Shown here in pieces: positions 12,752 to 25,111 of a DNA stretch of 64,000 nt. The stretch comes from Eledone cirrhosa (taxonomy: Eukaryota). Made by a program: the position numbers and the translations under genes. The notes under the pieces were generated by a model that was given only the letters and a program-made list of their open reading frames with translations, had not been told where the DNA came from and searched no databases. The first letter of the stretch is position 1. Each line of letters starts with the position of its first letter. The stretch lies in the NCBI GenBank assembly GCA_964016885.1, contig OZ024742.1, positions 104,966,001 to 105,030,000 of the forward strand, read 5' to 3'.

Positions 12752-13180
12752 ATGGATTGGCATTATCGGTTGAGTGTCGAACACCATGCTTCACAGCATA
12801 GAGTTACAGCCCTTTACATTCTGAGTTCAAATCCTGCCATGGTTAGCTTTGCCTTTCATCCTTACAGGATCAATAAAACAAAGCACCAGTAATGCACTGG
12901 TGTCGATTTACTCAACTTCTCCCCCGCCCCCCCAAATTGCTGGCCGTGTGCCTATAGTAGAAATTATTATTTAAACTCATACTGGGTGGTGGATTAGCAG
13001 AATCATTAGAGCATCAGATCTCATGCTTCATGGCATAGATTTATGCCCCTTTAAGTTCTGATTTCGCATCCTGATGAGATTTGCTTTGCCTTTCATCCTT
13101 ACAGTAATGTATTGAAGTCGATTTAATCAACTTTACCTTCCACAAAATTCGTTGGACTTATGCCTAAATCAGAAACCATT
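12752..13180 (+). mobile_element. Two tandem diverged SINE family A copies
   Basis: 'ggattggcattatcgg...gagttcaaatcctgcc...gcctttcatccttac' at ~12752-12968 and a more decayed copy at ~12984-13180. Confidence 0.75.
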
Positions 13181-13389
13181 ATTTATGCATTATTTATACT
13201 CATACTGCTCTTTCTTTGACATATATATTTAGAAGTACCTTCCCACCTATACACATTCCTAAACATACATATATCCCTATAAACCTGTGTTACTATACAT
13301 TTTTTTCGGTTGGTAAGTTTGATGGAAGGAGCAAGGCCCATGGCCTTCACATGCTCCCTGAGACCGGAGAGACTGTTCAAATTATTACA

Positions 13390-14110
13390 ATTCTTTAGGA
13401 CTGGGCTTAGTGGTTAATATGAGGCCTAGAGGATTGGACACAGCATGGGTGATAAAATGTGTAAGTCAGAAGTGTCTGAGTGAAGGAAACATTAATCTAG
13501 CAAGTTCTAAGTAGCTTAGACTATTCTAGTAATGGTAAAAGAGACAGAAGAAAGAAAGTATGTCTATGGCCTAGAGGTTGAAGAGTGACAGAGTGACTTT
13601 AAACAGATTAGCAAAGCTGTTGATTTTTTTCAGGATAGTCAAAGATGCCAATGTGAGCAACAGCAACAACATCCTAGATGTGGGAACAGTACAGCATTTT
13701 GGGGTCTCACCTGAGATCTGTAGGGAGTCATTCTTTGATGGGGGTCGAAGCATTTTCTGAAGAAAAGGGCCAGTTGTAGAAATGCAGTCATAGCTGTGTT
13801 GAGGATGTCTATTATACTTCATAAGAGATCCTTACTGATTGTGAGGCCAAGAATTTGGAATAATCACAAGGATTTAAGTCATGTGTTAGCCATTTTTAAA
13901 TGGCTAAGTGCAATGATGTTTATTTGATTTGAGCAGTGTTTGTGTTTTGTTGGTAAGGCCCCCATTGGTGGGTGTTTTCCAGATCTTTGTTCGTGGAATC
14001 AGTGCAGGGCTGATGTGAGGTGTTAAGATTGCATGTAGATTCATTGTTGGGACAAGTTATGGAAGAATGAAGGGTGGTATTATTTGTGTAAAAGTGGACA
14101 TTGTTGTTGG
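13390..14110 (-). pseudogene. CR1/Zenon-like LINE RT 3' fragment, highly decayed
   Basis: Minus-strand NVHFYTNNTTLHSS (decayed YADD), KDLENTHQWG, YRSQVRP and LQPLGHR, in the order of the CR1-type RT C-terminus. Confidence 0.65.
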
Positions 14111-14186
14111 ACTTCATTACAATAAGCAACACTTATATGTGTGTATGTGTGTGTATATATATATATACTGTGTATATATACACACA

Positions 14187-14240
<54 letters not shown>

Positions 14241-14446
14241 CAGTATTTACGTATCGAGAAAGAGAAAAAAAGGGGAGGATAGGTGATACATATAGTTATT
14301 TGCCAAGTAGCGTATGCTAAAGGTGCTCGATACTAATGCCGGCAGTATTAAATATTCGAAGTGTTAATATTTAGTGGGCTAGAGAGTTAGCAGAGCGTAA
14401 GCACGTGGGAAAGTAAAAAATCGGAGAATAGACCGTTAAAACATGT

Positions 14447-14506
14447 TTATTTAAAACAGCACCTACGTACGTTTCGCCCAGTTGGGCTTCTCAAGGGCAT
14501 AAATAA
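14447..14506 (-). ncRNA. Mirror copy of the hammerhead motif on the minus strand
   Basis: Exact reverse complement of 14579-14638 within the left arm. Confidence 0.7.
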
Positions 14507-14578
14507 TCACAAGTGTTCCTTATATTGCTCGGAAAGAGTTTTGGGGTTTCTTCCGAGCAATATAAGGAACACTTGTGA

Positions 14579-14638
14579 TTATTTATGCCCTTGAGAAGCC
14601 CAACTGGGCGAAACGTACGTAGGTGCTGTTTTAAATAA
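14579..14638 (+). ncRNA. Minimal type I hammerhead ribozyme motif (U3-A8 core variant)
   Basis: ttatttatGCCC-UUGAGAA-GCCC(aacu)GGGC-GAAAC(guac)GUA-GGuGC..taaataa: helices I, II and III present; predicted cleavage after 14621. Confidence 0.7.
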
Positions 14639-14680
14639 ACATGTTTTAACGGTCTATTCTCCGATTTTTTACTTTCCTAC

Positions 14681-14731
<51 letters not shown>

Positions 14732-15065
14732 TATACACACACACACATATATTCACACATATAGACATATACACACATACACACATTTATAAACACATAC
14801 TTAATACACATATATATACACACACATACAGACACACACATATATATATACACACATACACACACATATATACACACACACATATAAATATACAAACATA
14901 CACATATATTCATATATATATATATACAAACACTCACACACACACACATATACACACACACACATACACACATATCTATAGCATATATACACACACACAC
15001 ATATATACATGTGCATGCACACCACATACACACAGGTACTTATATATGTATATTTATATAATATA

Positions 15066-15251
15066 ATTGTTTCTATTTTAGGCACAAGGCTGCAATTACC
15101 CAGTGTATTACTGGTACTTTATTTTATCGACCCCGTACGGATGAAAGGCAAAGTTAACCTCGGCGGGATTTGAACTCAGAATCGCAAGGGCTGTAACTCT
15201 ATGCGTCAAAGCATGGTGTCCGACTCTCTACCGATACTGCCAATCCACCGC
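15066..15251 (-). mobile_element. SINE family A, young copy with 20-bp TSD
   Basis: TSD gtatatttatataatataat at 15048-15067 and 15253-15272. Confidence 0.95.
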
Positions 15252-15309
15252 AGTATATTTATATAATATAATGGCTGTCCAACATCACTGAACAATTATT
15301 TTGATCAAT

Positions 15310-15550
15310 TGCTCAATTATTGCAATAATGGCAATGAAGAATGGAATTTTCCAGTTTCAGTTGAACTTATCCAACTGAGATTAATTCTTCCATGGAAAGA
15401 GGAAATTTCATCTATTAAACCCACATCACTAGAGTTGTTTGTTAAGAAGTCACATACTGTGTTATACATTGGTAAAACTAAAGTCTCTGTTTTTATTGTG
15501 CCTGGCAGCATTTCTTTGCAACTAATTGATTCCATGCTGTTGGAAAAGTA
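15310..15550 (-). pseudogene. Possible hAT (Charlie/Buster) transposase remnant
   Basis: EISSFHGRINLSWISSTETGKFHSSLPLL loosely resembles the hAT 'I.AF..KL.LW...L..G.F..FP.L' segment. Confidence 0.3.
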
Positions 15551-15789
15551 ACATTCTGAGTGTTTGTAGATCCTTGGAAGAGCAAGTCTATGTCTATGAT
15601 ATTAATTGAACAAAATATAGCAATAAAGCATCTCAATTCAGTGTTAGTGCTAATATCTTGGAGATCAATAGCAGTTTTAGGCTTTTAAATAATTCCAAAT
15701 ATTTCTTCCATGATGACAATGACGATGTTGTGTATGATGCTGATGATTTTTATGATGATGATAATAATAATGACAATAATAGTAAAGAT

Positions 15790-16125
15790 TATTTGACAGA
15801 GTTACTAGAGTGTCAGACAAAATGGCTTGCAGCCATTTAGTTATGACTTTCTATGTTCTAAGTTCAAATCCTGCCGAGGTCAACTTTGCCTTTTGTCCTT
15901 CTGGGATCCATAAAATAAAGAACCAGTTAAGTACTGAGGTAAATATTGATTTTCCTTCCCCTCAAATGATTTCTAGTATAGGCACAAGGCCAGTACTTTG
16001 GGGGGAGGGGAAAGTCTTTTAAATCGACCCCAGTGCTTGGCGGTATTTGAACTCAAACCGCAAAGGGGCATAACTCCATGCTGCAAACATGGCGCCCGAC
16101 ACTCTACCAATACTGCCAATCCACT
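15790..16125. mobile_element. Two diverged SINE A copies in opposite orientation (+ 15790-15960, - 15967-16125)
   Basis: 'agttcaaatcctgccgaggtcaactttgcc' on +; 'aggcacaaggccag...tttgaactc...ctctaccaatactgccaatcc' on -. Confidence 0.75.
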
Positions 16126-16619
16126 ACCCTAATATAATAATAATAATGATAATAAAATTCCATTTTATATTCATTTTTATTTTATTTCATTTTTTTCTAT
16201 CACCATGCAATGGTGGTCTTGTCTCTCTTTGTTCTCTCACTCCCACTACCTTCTCTTTCTGGGCTGTTGCGCTCTCTCCTTCTCTGTCACTATCTGTGTC
16301 TGTTTGTTTTTGTTTTTACTTTACCTACAACACTTCCTTAATCTTGACCAAACCCAGACCCCTCCCACCCTCCCCAGTGCCTTCACCACACATCTCTAGT
16401 AGACCAATGAAATAATATGGATGATAGTAGTAGTCTCTTCCTATGACCAACAAAATAATATGGTAGCCCAGAGTCAGAGAGGGGCCTGAAACATCTGGGA
16501 TGCTGCTGAAATCTTAACAAGACTACAGAGGGTAGCAACAACAACAATAGTAATAGTGGTAATAGGAGTGATGGTAATAATGATGTCTTTGCTGACCACA
16601 AGGTGTTTACGTGAAGAAA

Positions 16620-19430
16620 ACATTAAGGACAGCACTTATGATAATAAAACCCCTGGTACCCAGCAGGGAGTAGCTGCATATCATGGGCAGGATGAGCTCA
16701 CTAATCTTGGTTGATAATCAACCTAGATGTGGTATCTTGAACAAAATTACCCCTTGGCGGTGAAGGATAAAATGCATAAAGAAACAACAAAAATGTCCCA
16801 CAATGTCTACAGATAAAAAACACATACCAGATCACTCATTGCCCAGGTCAACAAGGGAGGAATCAGCCTAGGGTAAACAAATCTGTAGCTGAAACAAGCT
16901 CTTGAACAATAATAATCTCAATACAAGCCCTTCAAGTTCAGCACTGCACAAAATCCTCAATGTATCAAATGCACTGGAAAAGAAGTGATATACACATTCT
17001 ATCACTCATTACGCAAACCATCAGAATTAAAACACACATACTTTTAAGGTATAAAAGGAAAGAAATCCAGAAAGGAGATCAAACCTGGACAAAAATAAAC
17101 TTGTAAATGTAAGAAGAGATATTCTTAGAAGCACGGGACCTACAGATGCAGTGTTAAAAAAAATTAAGAAGATTGTTTTCAGAATACCAATATCAGAAAG
17201 GGGGAGAAATGAATATGTGACAGAAGAGACACCACAAAATGTATTGACTATGTTATCACCAAGAGCGATTTCATGGAACGTTGAGAGTATCAGAAACACA
17301 TCAGAGCAGGGTCAAGTTGAAAGACAGATTGACAATATGGACAAACATATTTCTACTCATGAACATAAATATAAGATAAAGCAAACAAAACAAGAAATTC
17401 TCAATGGACTTGGTAAAATAAAAGCATTAGCATGAGTGAAAGAGTCCTGCAAAAATTGACAAGCAACATCCAGTAAGAACTGGAAATCAGGCTGTTAACG
17501 CAATAATTGAAGAGATGGAACCTGATATATCAGAACTGAATGAGATTATTTATGCAACAACAACGGTAATATAAGGAAATGTAGGTTACGGAAAAAGCAA
17601 AAATATACAACATTCACAAAAAAACCACCCCGAAAAATAAAAACTGAGAAAGAAATTTAAATGATGAGGGGAGAAATATTCATCCTGGATGGAATATGTG
17701 CTGGGAAATCTGTCAAGTCAAGAAAAGAAAGGACAGTGATTAAGAAATACAAAGTAACTTCTAAACCTGATATTCCATCAATCAAAGAAACCCTGAAACA
17801 GAAAGTACAGGTGAAAGCTCAAAGAATCAGAAGATTTGAAAAGCAAAATAAGCTGTTTATTTCAGATACAAAAAGGTTTTATAGGGAAATTGAGACACAG
17901 ACAATTCAAGTAAAGGAACCTCATTCAATTCATGTAATTGAAGAATTCTGGAAAACAGTAGGGAGTACAGAAAAATCTCATAATGCGAATTCAGAATAGA
18001 TAAAGAATATGGAAGAAACATACAATAATTTAGAAAGACAGACTTGACAAGACATAACTATGGAAGAACTGTAGTTGGCATTAAAGAAAGCTAACAAATG
18101 GAAATCCACAGGCATTGATAAAGTGCCAAACTTCTCGTTATTTTCTCTAACTGCTGCTCATAATATGTTGGTAAAATGTTATAACAAAATTATGCACAAT
18201 CCTGAGAAAACTCCTGATTGGTTTGCACAAGGTATAACATATCTCTTGCCAAAATCGACAGAAACAAATATTCCAAAAAATTATCGTCCTATCACTTGCT
18301 TTCCTACATCATACAAAATACTCACCTCAATTTTGACTGAGACAACCTACAAATTTATGGATGAAAATCATCTTTTCCCTATTGAGCAGAAAAGTTGTTG
18401 CTGTGGGTCTTACAGGTGCAAAGACCAACTTCTCATTAACCGTATGATTCATAAAAAGTATAGAAATCTGAGTACTGCTTTGATTGACTATAAGAAAGCA
18501 TTAACAATGTTTCCCACTCTAAGATTTTGAAAACTTTGAATGTTCTGAAAGTTTCTCCAGTAATATCAAATTCCTGAAATACATGTCTATATGGAATACA
18601 AATCTCTATCATTGTCACACAATGATGGAACTAAATTCAAACAGCACAATTATTAACTGTTATTTTTCAAGGTGATTCGTTTTCTTGTCTGATATTTGTA
18701 TTGCACACACTGCTGTCTTTAGTGCTCAACAAAATAAAATATGGTGACAAAATAGAGAGAAGAACTATAAAATCACCTGTTTTATATAGATGACTTGAAG
18801 CTGTATGCTAAAAATTACAATGAATTTGAAGGAATACTGAAGACACTTAAAGTGTTCAGCAATGATGTAGGGGGGGAATTTGGATTGGAAAAATGTGCCA
18901 AAGCAACTTTCAAGAAAGCAGAATGACAAGCACAAATTCAATGGAAATCGATGTGATATAGTAATTAGGAAACCAGAACAGGAACACAACTACAGATATC
19001 TTGGGATCAATGGAGGCTAAAGTATTCATCATGCCAGCATGAAAGAGAAAATCAGGAAGGAATGCTACCAGGGAGTACGTGTTGAAAACTGAGCTTAACT
19101 TGAGAAATAAACTATCTGCCATAAATGCACTTGCAATCCTAGTTGTCACCTATAGTTTCAATACCATAACTTAGAATGTTAAGAAAATGGTCACCAAAAT
19201 CAGGAAACATTTAACTTGTAATAAAATACAACACCCAAAAGCAGATGTGAATTGCCTCTATCTCCCTAGACATAATGGGGGTAGAGGAATGATCCAACTC
19301 GAGATGTCATACAGAATATTGACCTTTGGACTTGATCAGAACCTTTAAACCACAGATGTCTGGTTGATGAAAATGGTTGCTGATCAAGAAAGGAAGAAGA
19401 GGTTATATTCAGTTACAAAGGAAAAAATGG
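16620..19430 (+). pseudogene. R4/Dong-like (RLE-type) non-LTR retrotransposon, RT region, disrupted
   Basis: KAQRIRRFEKQ, WKSTGIDKVPNF, PKNYRPITCFPTSYKILTSIL, CKDQLLIN, IDYKKA, FQGDS, YIDDLKLYAK, FGLEKCAK, YRYLG and HPKADVNCLYLPRHNGGRGMIQLE in order across frameshifts; 5' boundary uncertain. Confidence 0.88.
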
Positions 19431-19647
19431 AAAATTGGGGATACATTTTGAAAATGATGGCAATTCTGCAGCAATTTGTGAAGAGTGGGGAAAAGTAGAT
19501 TTCATCAACCCGAGCATATGACTGATACTTTATTTCATCAAACCCAGAAGAAGGAAAGTCAAAGTTGACCTCAGTGAAAGTGGTACTCAGAATGTAAAAG
19601 GCTAGCAGGATGAAATATGAAATTGTCTTATGGAGATTTTAATACAC

Positions 19648-20270
19648 AGACCAAGGCCAAATTAAGTCCTTTTGGTGTCCTAAGCCCTTAAGAGATTAAG
19701 GTGTTTTCCATAGAGAAAGTCTGCAAAAATAATTTTTTGAATAAAATGTCAGTTGATGCCTGTCTAAAGCATGTGCTTATTTTGTTTAATACACAATTCA
19801 ACCCTGCAACAGATCTTTATAAAAATACTGATGTATGTGAGACTTTACTCTATTAAAATCCTGCAGAAAATATCTAAAAACAAATTTGTTAGTTCAAATG
19901 TTTATAGTATTTTTCGTGGTGGACAAATCTTTGTGAAAATATGCAGTATTAGAGAAGTCTTTAATTTTTGATGTGATACAGTCATAGCTCTGTTTTATAC
20001 TTTTCTTGTTCAAGACTACTTTCCTAACGCAGTTCCATGTGATGCAGGACATTAAGAGTTAAATATGAAGAATACTCTCTCTGAGGTAGTTTCCCCATCA
20101 ACCATATTTCTGATTTACACAACTTGCTCAGTTTTACAGAAGAGATTAAAAGATTTCTATCTTTTCTCCTTAGAATAAAAATGTCAAACTTTTGGAATTC
20201 CTTCTCTGTTCACATTTTTTTCTGGAATAAATCTTCATTATGACAGCCTCCCTATTGTTGTTGATCTATA
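19648..20270 (-). mobile_element. Decayed DNA-transposon end, possibly hAT/Tip100-like
   Basis: Terminus-like 'caaggccaaattaagtccttttggtgtcctaagc' (similar at ~32600); 19950-20060 matches 48000-48100 in reverse complement. Confidence 0.35.
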
Positions 20271-21376
20271 TGAGAAATGAACATAGTATACTCTGTAAAG
20301 TAGTCAGTGAAAAGAAGGGCATCTTGCTATAGAAGACTTACCAAAGACAGAGTCAAGAGGAAACTTCAGTTGTGCCATAGATATGACTACCTTCCTAGTG
20401 TTAGGACCATAATAAAATGCACTTAGTAAAGCACAGGAATGTATGCAAACTCCAAGCTTATCTGAGAGGTCAGTAGATCTGCTTGAGTATTGACTCAGTT
20501 TCTGAAGATCCATCCAAATCTTGCTAGCAGGGAAAATTGACGTTAAATGATGATGATGATATCCTACAGCTGTTGAACTGAATTTACTACATCAATCTGA
20601 CTAATTTTAGGAGGCATGTGAAAGGCATACTCACTTCCCTTTAAATAAATCCTTTCCTTCTCTAGTAAAACTATATTAAAAAAAAAAAAATTGAGAACCA
20701 AATCGACCATTGCAGCCTTATAAACTACTCAATCACTCAAAAGATATCATATACATGACTTTAATATCACTTTTATAATTCTTTGATTTTACCCCCAAAT
20801 TTTTTATGCAATCTCTCTCCACAATAGATCGAAAAATTTACTGTTTAAAATATATTCCAGATTGCTTTTGATTTTCAACCAATCCCTTTCAACCACAGAT
20901 TGAAGAATTTATGTCTGTTTAAAATGTATTATGTATAGCTTTTTATTTTCAGTCGATGAATAATCTTTCTGTGACAATTATGCATGCGAAACTTCCAGCG
21001 ACATGCATCATAGAATTGCATGCAGCTGGTTTTTTAATACAACACAACTTCCACTCAGACAGCTAAATGGAAGTATTGTCGCACCTAATATTTTCTGCCG
21101 CCAATATTTCAAAATGTATTTTGTGTTTTCTATAGATACATGCATATAAAAAATGTAATGTGTATATTATATATATATATATATATATTATATATGCACA
21201 TATATGTGAGTGTGTCTGCATATGTATGATATATATAATATACATACACATACACTCACACTAATTTTCAATTGAAAAGCAATATCTCAAAATCTTGGTT
21301 TCTTGCTCTCTATAGAAGCTGCTGAATAACTTGCAACCAAAAAAAAAGACATTTCTGTTTTTTTGTTGTTGTTGTT

Positions 21377-21418
<42 letters not shown>

Positions 21419-21788
21419 GCAGCTATTGTTGTTGCTGACGGTATCTTTGCCAAATAAAAAAAGAAAACAGAAAAGAATACGCCATTATTGCTTTTACTAT
21501 TATTGTTTTGTTGTGGTAAAAATTCTTATTGTTGCTGTGATTGTTGTTGTTGTTGTTGTTGTTGTTGTCACTGCTGAAAGTTTTAATAGAAATATTTGAA
21601 CCAATATTATACTATATTTATACTTATAATTTGAAATGTGGTCGTCCAAACGTAAATGACATTGATATTAGTTGATTACTAAAAATAATAGTTGAGCAAA
21701 GTATTCCTGGAGATTGAAGAAAGTGAAAAGAGGCATGCTTTGTTCACTTTTTTCCATCTCCAGGAGTGTTTTACCTGCTTCTTTCAAA

Positions 21789-21990
21789 TATGAAGGTCAG
21801 CTGAAAAGTTCATAGGCTGGCTATGAAGGAGTGATGCTAGTGCTGTGAAATCTTGCATGCATTAATTTCAACACTTCTTATCAATAACTGCATTTTTTTT
21901 CTCCAGAAACAATACTGAAAAATAAACCTCATTTGGGCATTCCATGAGAGTATCTTCGTCAGCTTATGAACTTTTCAGCTGGCCCTCGTA
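21789..21990. mobile_element. Tc1/mariner-type MITE, same family as 10978
   Basis: TA at both ends; TIR 'tgaaggtcagctgaaaagttcataggctg' / 'cagcttatgaacttttcagctggccctcg'. Confidence 0.88.
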
Positions 21991-22199
21991 TATAGTAATT
22001 GACTATTATTATGGTCATTTATTTTGGAATGACCGCATTTAATTTTTTTTTATTTTCTCAATGTTTCTTAAATCAACCAGATACCATCATCATTTTATGT
22101 TGACTTTTCAATGCTGGCATGGGTTGAGGTTTATTTTTAGGCAATGTTTTATAGTCAGAAACCCTTCCTGACACCTGTTGCTTAACACATAGAGGCGAA

Positions 22200-22650
22200 A
22201 TGTTTTCTCCTGCAAGTGTTGATGCGTATGAGACATTAGAACCAGATCAACAGCAAAGTCAAGATCCTCTGATATTGAAAAGAGGGTCCAGTTTGCCACA
22301 ACAACCAATCGATGGCAAGGTTGAAGAGGAGTGCTGACATCACATATCCTTGTCTCACTCCTATTTTAATTTCAAAGCCTGAGTCACTGTTCCCCACTCT
22401 GCATACGAAGTTGTAGAAACTCTTGATGAGAGAGAACAAGATAGTATCCCAAGAGCAGCCCTTCACTGGACACTAGAAGGCAAACAAAAGTGAGAAAGTC
22501 CAAAGAATACTTGGCACAGAACAGTTGAGGAAGAGATGAAGACCTGGTAACACACATGAGTTACCATCCAAAAGCTGGCCCAGGATAGACAGGAGTTGAA
22601 GACCTTTATTGCTGCCCAACATGCTAGTGGGCATAACAGACAATAGTAGT
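22200..22650. pseudogene. RTE-type LINE insertion with 5' inversion
   Basis: Minus 22200-22425: FEIKIGVRQGYVMSALLFNLAIDW and EDLDFAVDLVLMS; plus 22430-22650: RAALHWTLEGK..PKNTWHRTVEEEMK..LAQDRQ. Confidence 0.85.
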
Positions 22651-23098
22651 ACGACAAACAGGGATATGGTGTACCTATTCTAAACCTAGCACACATGGCC
22701 TATCTATTTTATATTTTCTTTAAGTATTTGCTACCCCATTACCCATCTTCACTCCCCTACTGGAGCATACATATGACACAGCTAAATGCATTCTTACCCC
22801 AAATAAAAACACTAATATGTTATACACATATTCAATTTATGTAATATGGATTTTTGTTGAATTAATATTCAACATGAGATTATTTCAGTTTATTGATAAA
22901 ATGAAACTATTTTACATATACTAGTACCCTTCATGTTACATCCCAGAAGGAAAAGTGTGATGATGATTATAAATCTATCTATCTATATCTGGCTATATAT
23001 ATATAGCCCCCCCCCCCACTCTCAAGCGTGAAACTAATACGAATATCATTTGTACTGCCTCTTCATTTTTCTATTTTTTGTTCTCTGTTTATTTATTA

Positions 23099-23138
<40 letters not shown>

Positions 23139-23228
23139 CCCCAGAAGAAATCTGTAGAGTGCTTCTAATCTGTTATAAATAAATTTGTTGAATAACCAAC
23201 AAATTAAATAACTCTTTGCTTATATATA

Positions 23229-23305
<77 letters not shown>

Positions 23306-23399
23306 TTAGGTATTAGAGATGGTGGAGATCCTGATATGTGGATCAATCTCACTCAGAATCAATACTAAGAGGGTCTTATTAATTTACAAGGGTGGTACC

Positions 23400-23648
23400 C
23401 AGAGACGTAACTAGGGTATGGCAAGCATGGCTCATGCCATGGGTGACACTTGAAATGGGACACCACTTGAACTAGGAGCACTTTCTATTCAAGTCAGATA
23501 AGCCATCATCAGAGTGAGAAGCTCTATGGTGGCTGGATCACTAAACTATTTATATAAATTATTAGGTCCATAGTTAAAAATACAGTGATGAGCAGGGGTG
23601 CAATTTCATTGTTTGCTATAGGCACTATTTTCTCTAGTTACATCTCTG
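23400..23648. mobile_element. hAT-like MITE inserted in a SINE tail
   Basis: TIR cagagacgtaactag / ctagttacatctctg; the host reads 'aagggtggtacc|ccagcatggcc..gaacaagtaaaaga'; 8-bp TSD degenerate (gtggtacc/gcagtgtc). Confidence 0.7.
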
Positions 23649-24156
23649 GCAGTGTCCCAGCATGGCCTCAGCCAGATGGCTGGAACAAGTAAAAGAGTAA
23701 AAGAGTATATACATATATATATATACACACAAACACACACTTACTTACTTGTACTTGTGTATGAACACACACACACAACTGATTTGATGACACATACACA
23801 CAAACATTTGGGAATCCAACACAAAAAATACAACTCATTTGAGGACACTAACACACAAATACACACATATGTATGTATCAAATCAATTTTGACATGTGAG
23901 TTATTGCAGTTGTTTTGATCAAGAGGACTAGCTGACTAGCTGCTTGAATTATAACATAAGTGTTCGACAGACACTTCAACACTTAACATAATCCTCATCA
24001 CAATTATCATGAAACTGTATGTGACAAGATTGTAACTTTGAATTACAGGTGTATTGCATCTAAATCTAGTTAGTGTCTCAAATGTTCTCACATGGCTTCT
24101 ATGTATATGATTCTGTGTGTTTTTTCTTGTATCTTGTTTTGTTCCATTTTGTTCAT

Positions 24157-24187
<31 letters not shown>

Positions 24188-24552
24188 TGGTATGGACATG
24201 TGAAGGACAACAGCTGTATAAAAAAAAGTGTAGAGCGATCAAAATTGATGGAAGCTATGGAGTGGGTAGACCAAGAGAAACCTGGGAAGAGATGATAAAA
24301 ACTAACCTTGCTCACTTACACCTCTCTAAGATATTGTCACTGGATCAAGATCTTTAGCGCTTTGCACTTATACAGAAGACCCACCTTCCCTTGCATACAA
24401 ACTTAAACCTACAGTCAGTAGGCACCTCTTAACCCAATATACACCCCACCCATACACCTACTCCATCCTCCCATTTTCATCCACTGTAAAGTGGTCGTGT
24501 AGGTGACATGACAAAAAGCACCTAGTCCACACTGTAAAGTGGTCATGTAGGA

Positions 24553-25111
24553 CAGTGCTACTCAAAGTGCCGGTACGCGGACTGGTGCCAGTACGCAGAC
24601 TGGTGCCAGTACGCGGACTGGTGCCGGTACGCGGACTGGTGCCGATACGCGAGCCATCAGCTGCCGGTACGTGGCCAGTGTCCAGGCCATGCTAAGGAAT
24701 CATTTGAGGAATTTTTTTAATTACTTTTATATGTTTTGATATTGTATTATTTGTTTACAAAATAAATAGAAGATAAAAAAATGGTCAACTTTTATTATAT
24801 TCATTATATATATCGTTTCCGGTATAAATTAATATTTGTTTCTACTTTAGGCACAAGGCCAGCAATTACCAGTGCATTACTGGTACTTTATTTTATCGAC
24901 CCCGTAAGGATGAAAGGCAAAGTCAACCTCGGCGGGATTTGAACTCAGATGGTAAAGGGACGTAACTATGCTGGAAAGCATGGCGTCCGACCCTCTACCG
25001 ATACTGCCAATCCACCGGTATAAATTAATATTACTACGAAATATTAGCGGTACGTGGCACATTGAAAAAAAAAATGCCGGTCCACCACATCAGATAGTTT
25101 GAGAAGCACTG
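24553..25111. mobile_element. hAT/Charlie-type MITE with an internal 18-bp tandem repeat and a nested SINE
   Basis: TIR cagtgctactcaaagt / agtttgagaagcactg; 8-bp TSD atgtagga/gtgtagga; about 4 copies of gtacgcggactggtgcc(a/g). Confidence 0.9.
24835..25017 (-). mobile_element. SINE family A, young copy with TSD
   Basis: ccggtataaattaatatt at 24819-24836 and 25015-25032. Confidence 0.95.

Larger units (their letters stand above)
14241..14682. mobile_element. Penelope-like element terminus with a perfect inverted repeat, inserted in (TA)n
   Basis: 127-bp perfect arms 14408-14534/14551-14677 with a 16-nt spacer; CpG-rich; hammerhead motif in each arm; (TA)n on both sides. Confidence 0.75.

Noticed and set aside
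17661-18530. Intact host or active RT gene
   Set aside because: Multiple stops and frameshifts split the RT motifs; it is a dead LINE copy.
21363-21599. Signal-peptide-like poly-Leu ORF
   Set aside because: Translation of (TTG)n microsatellites.
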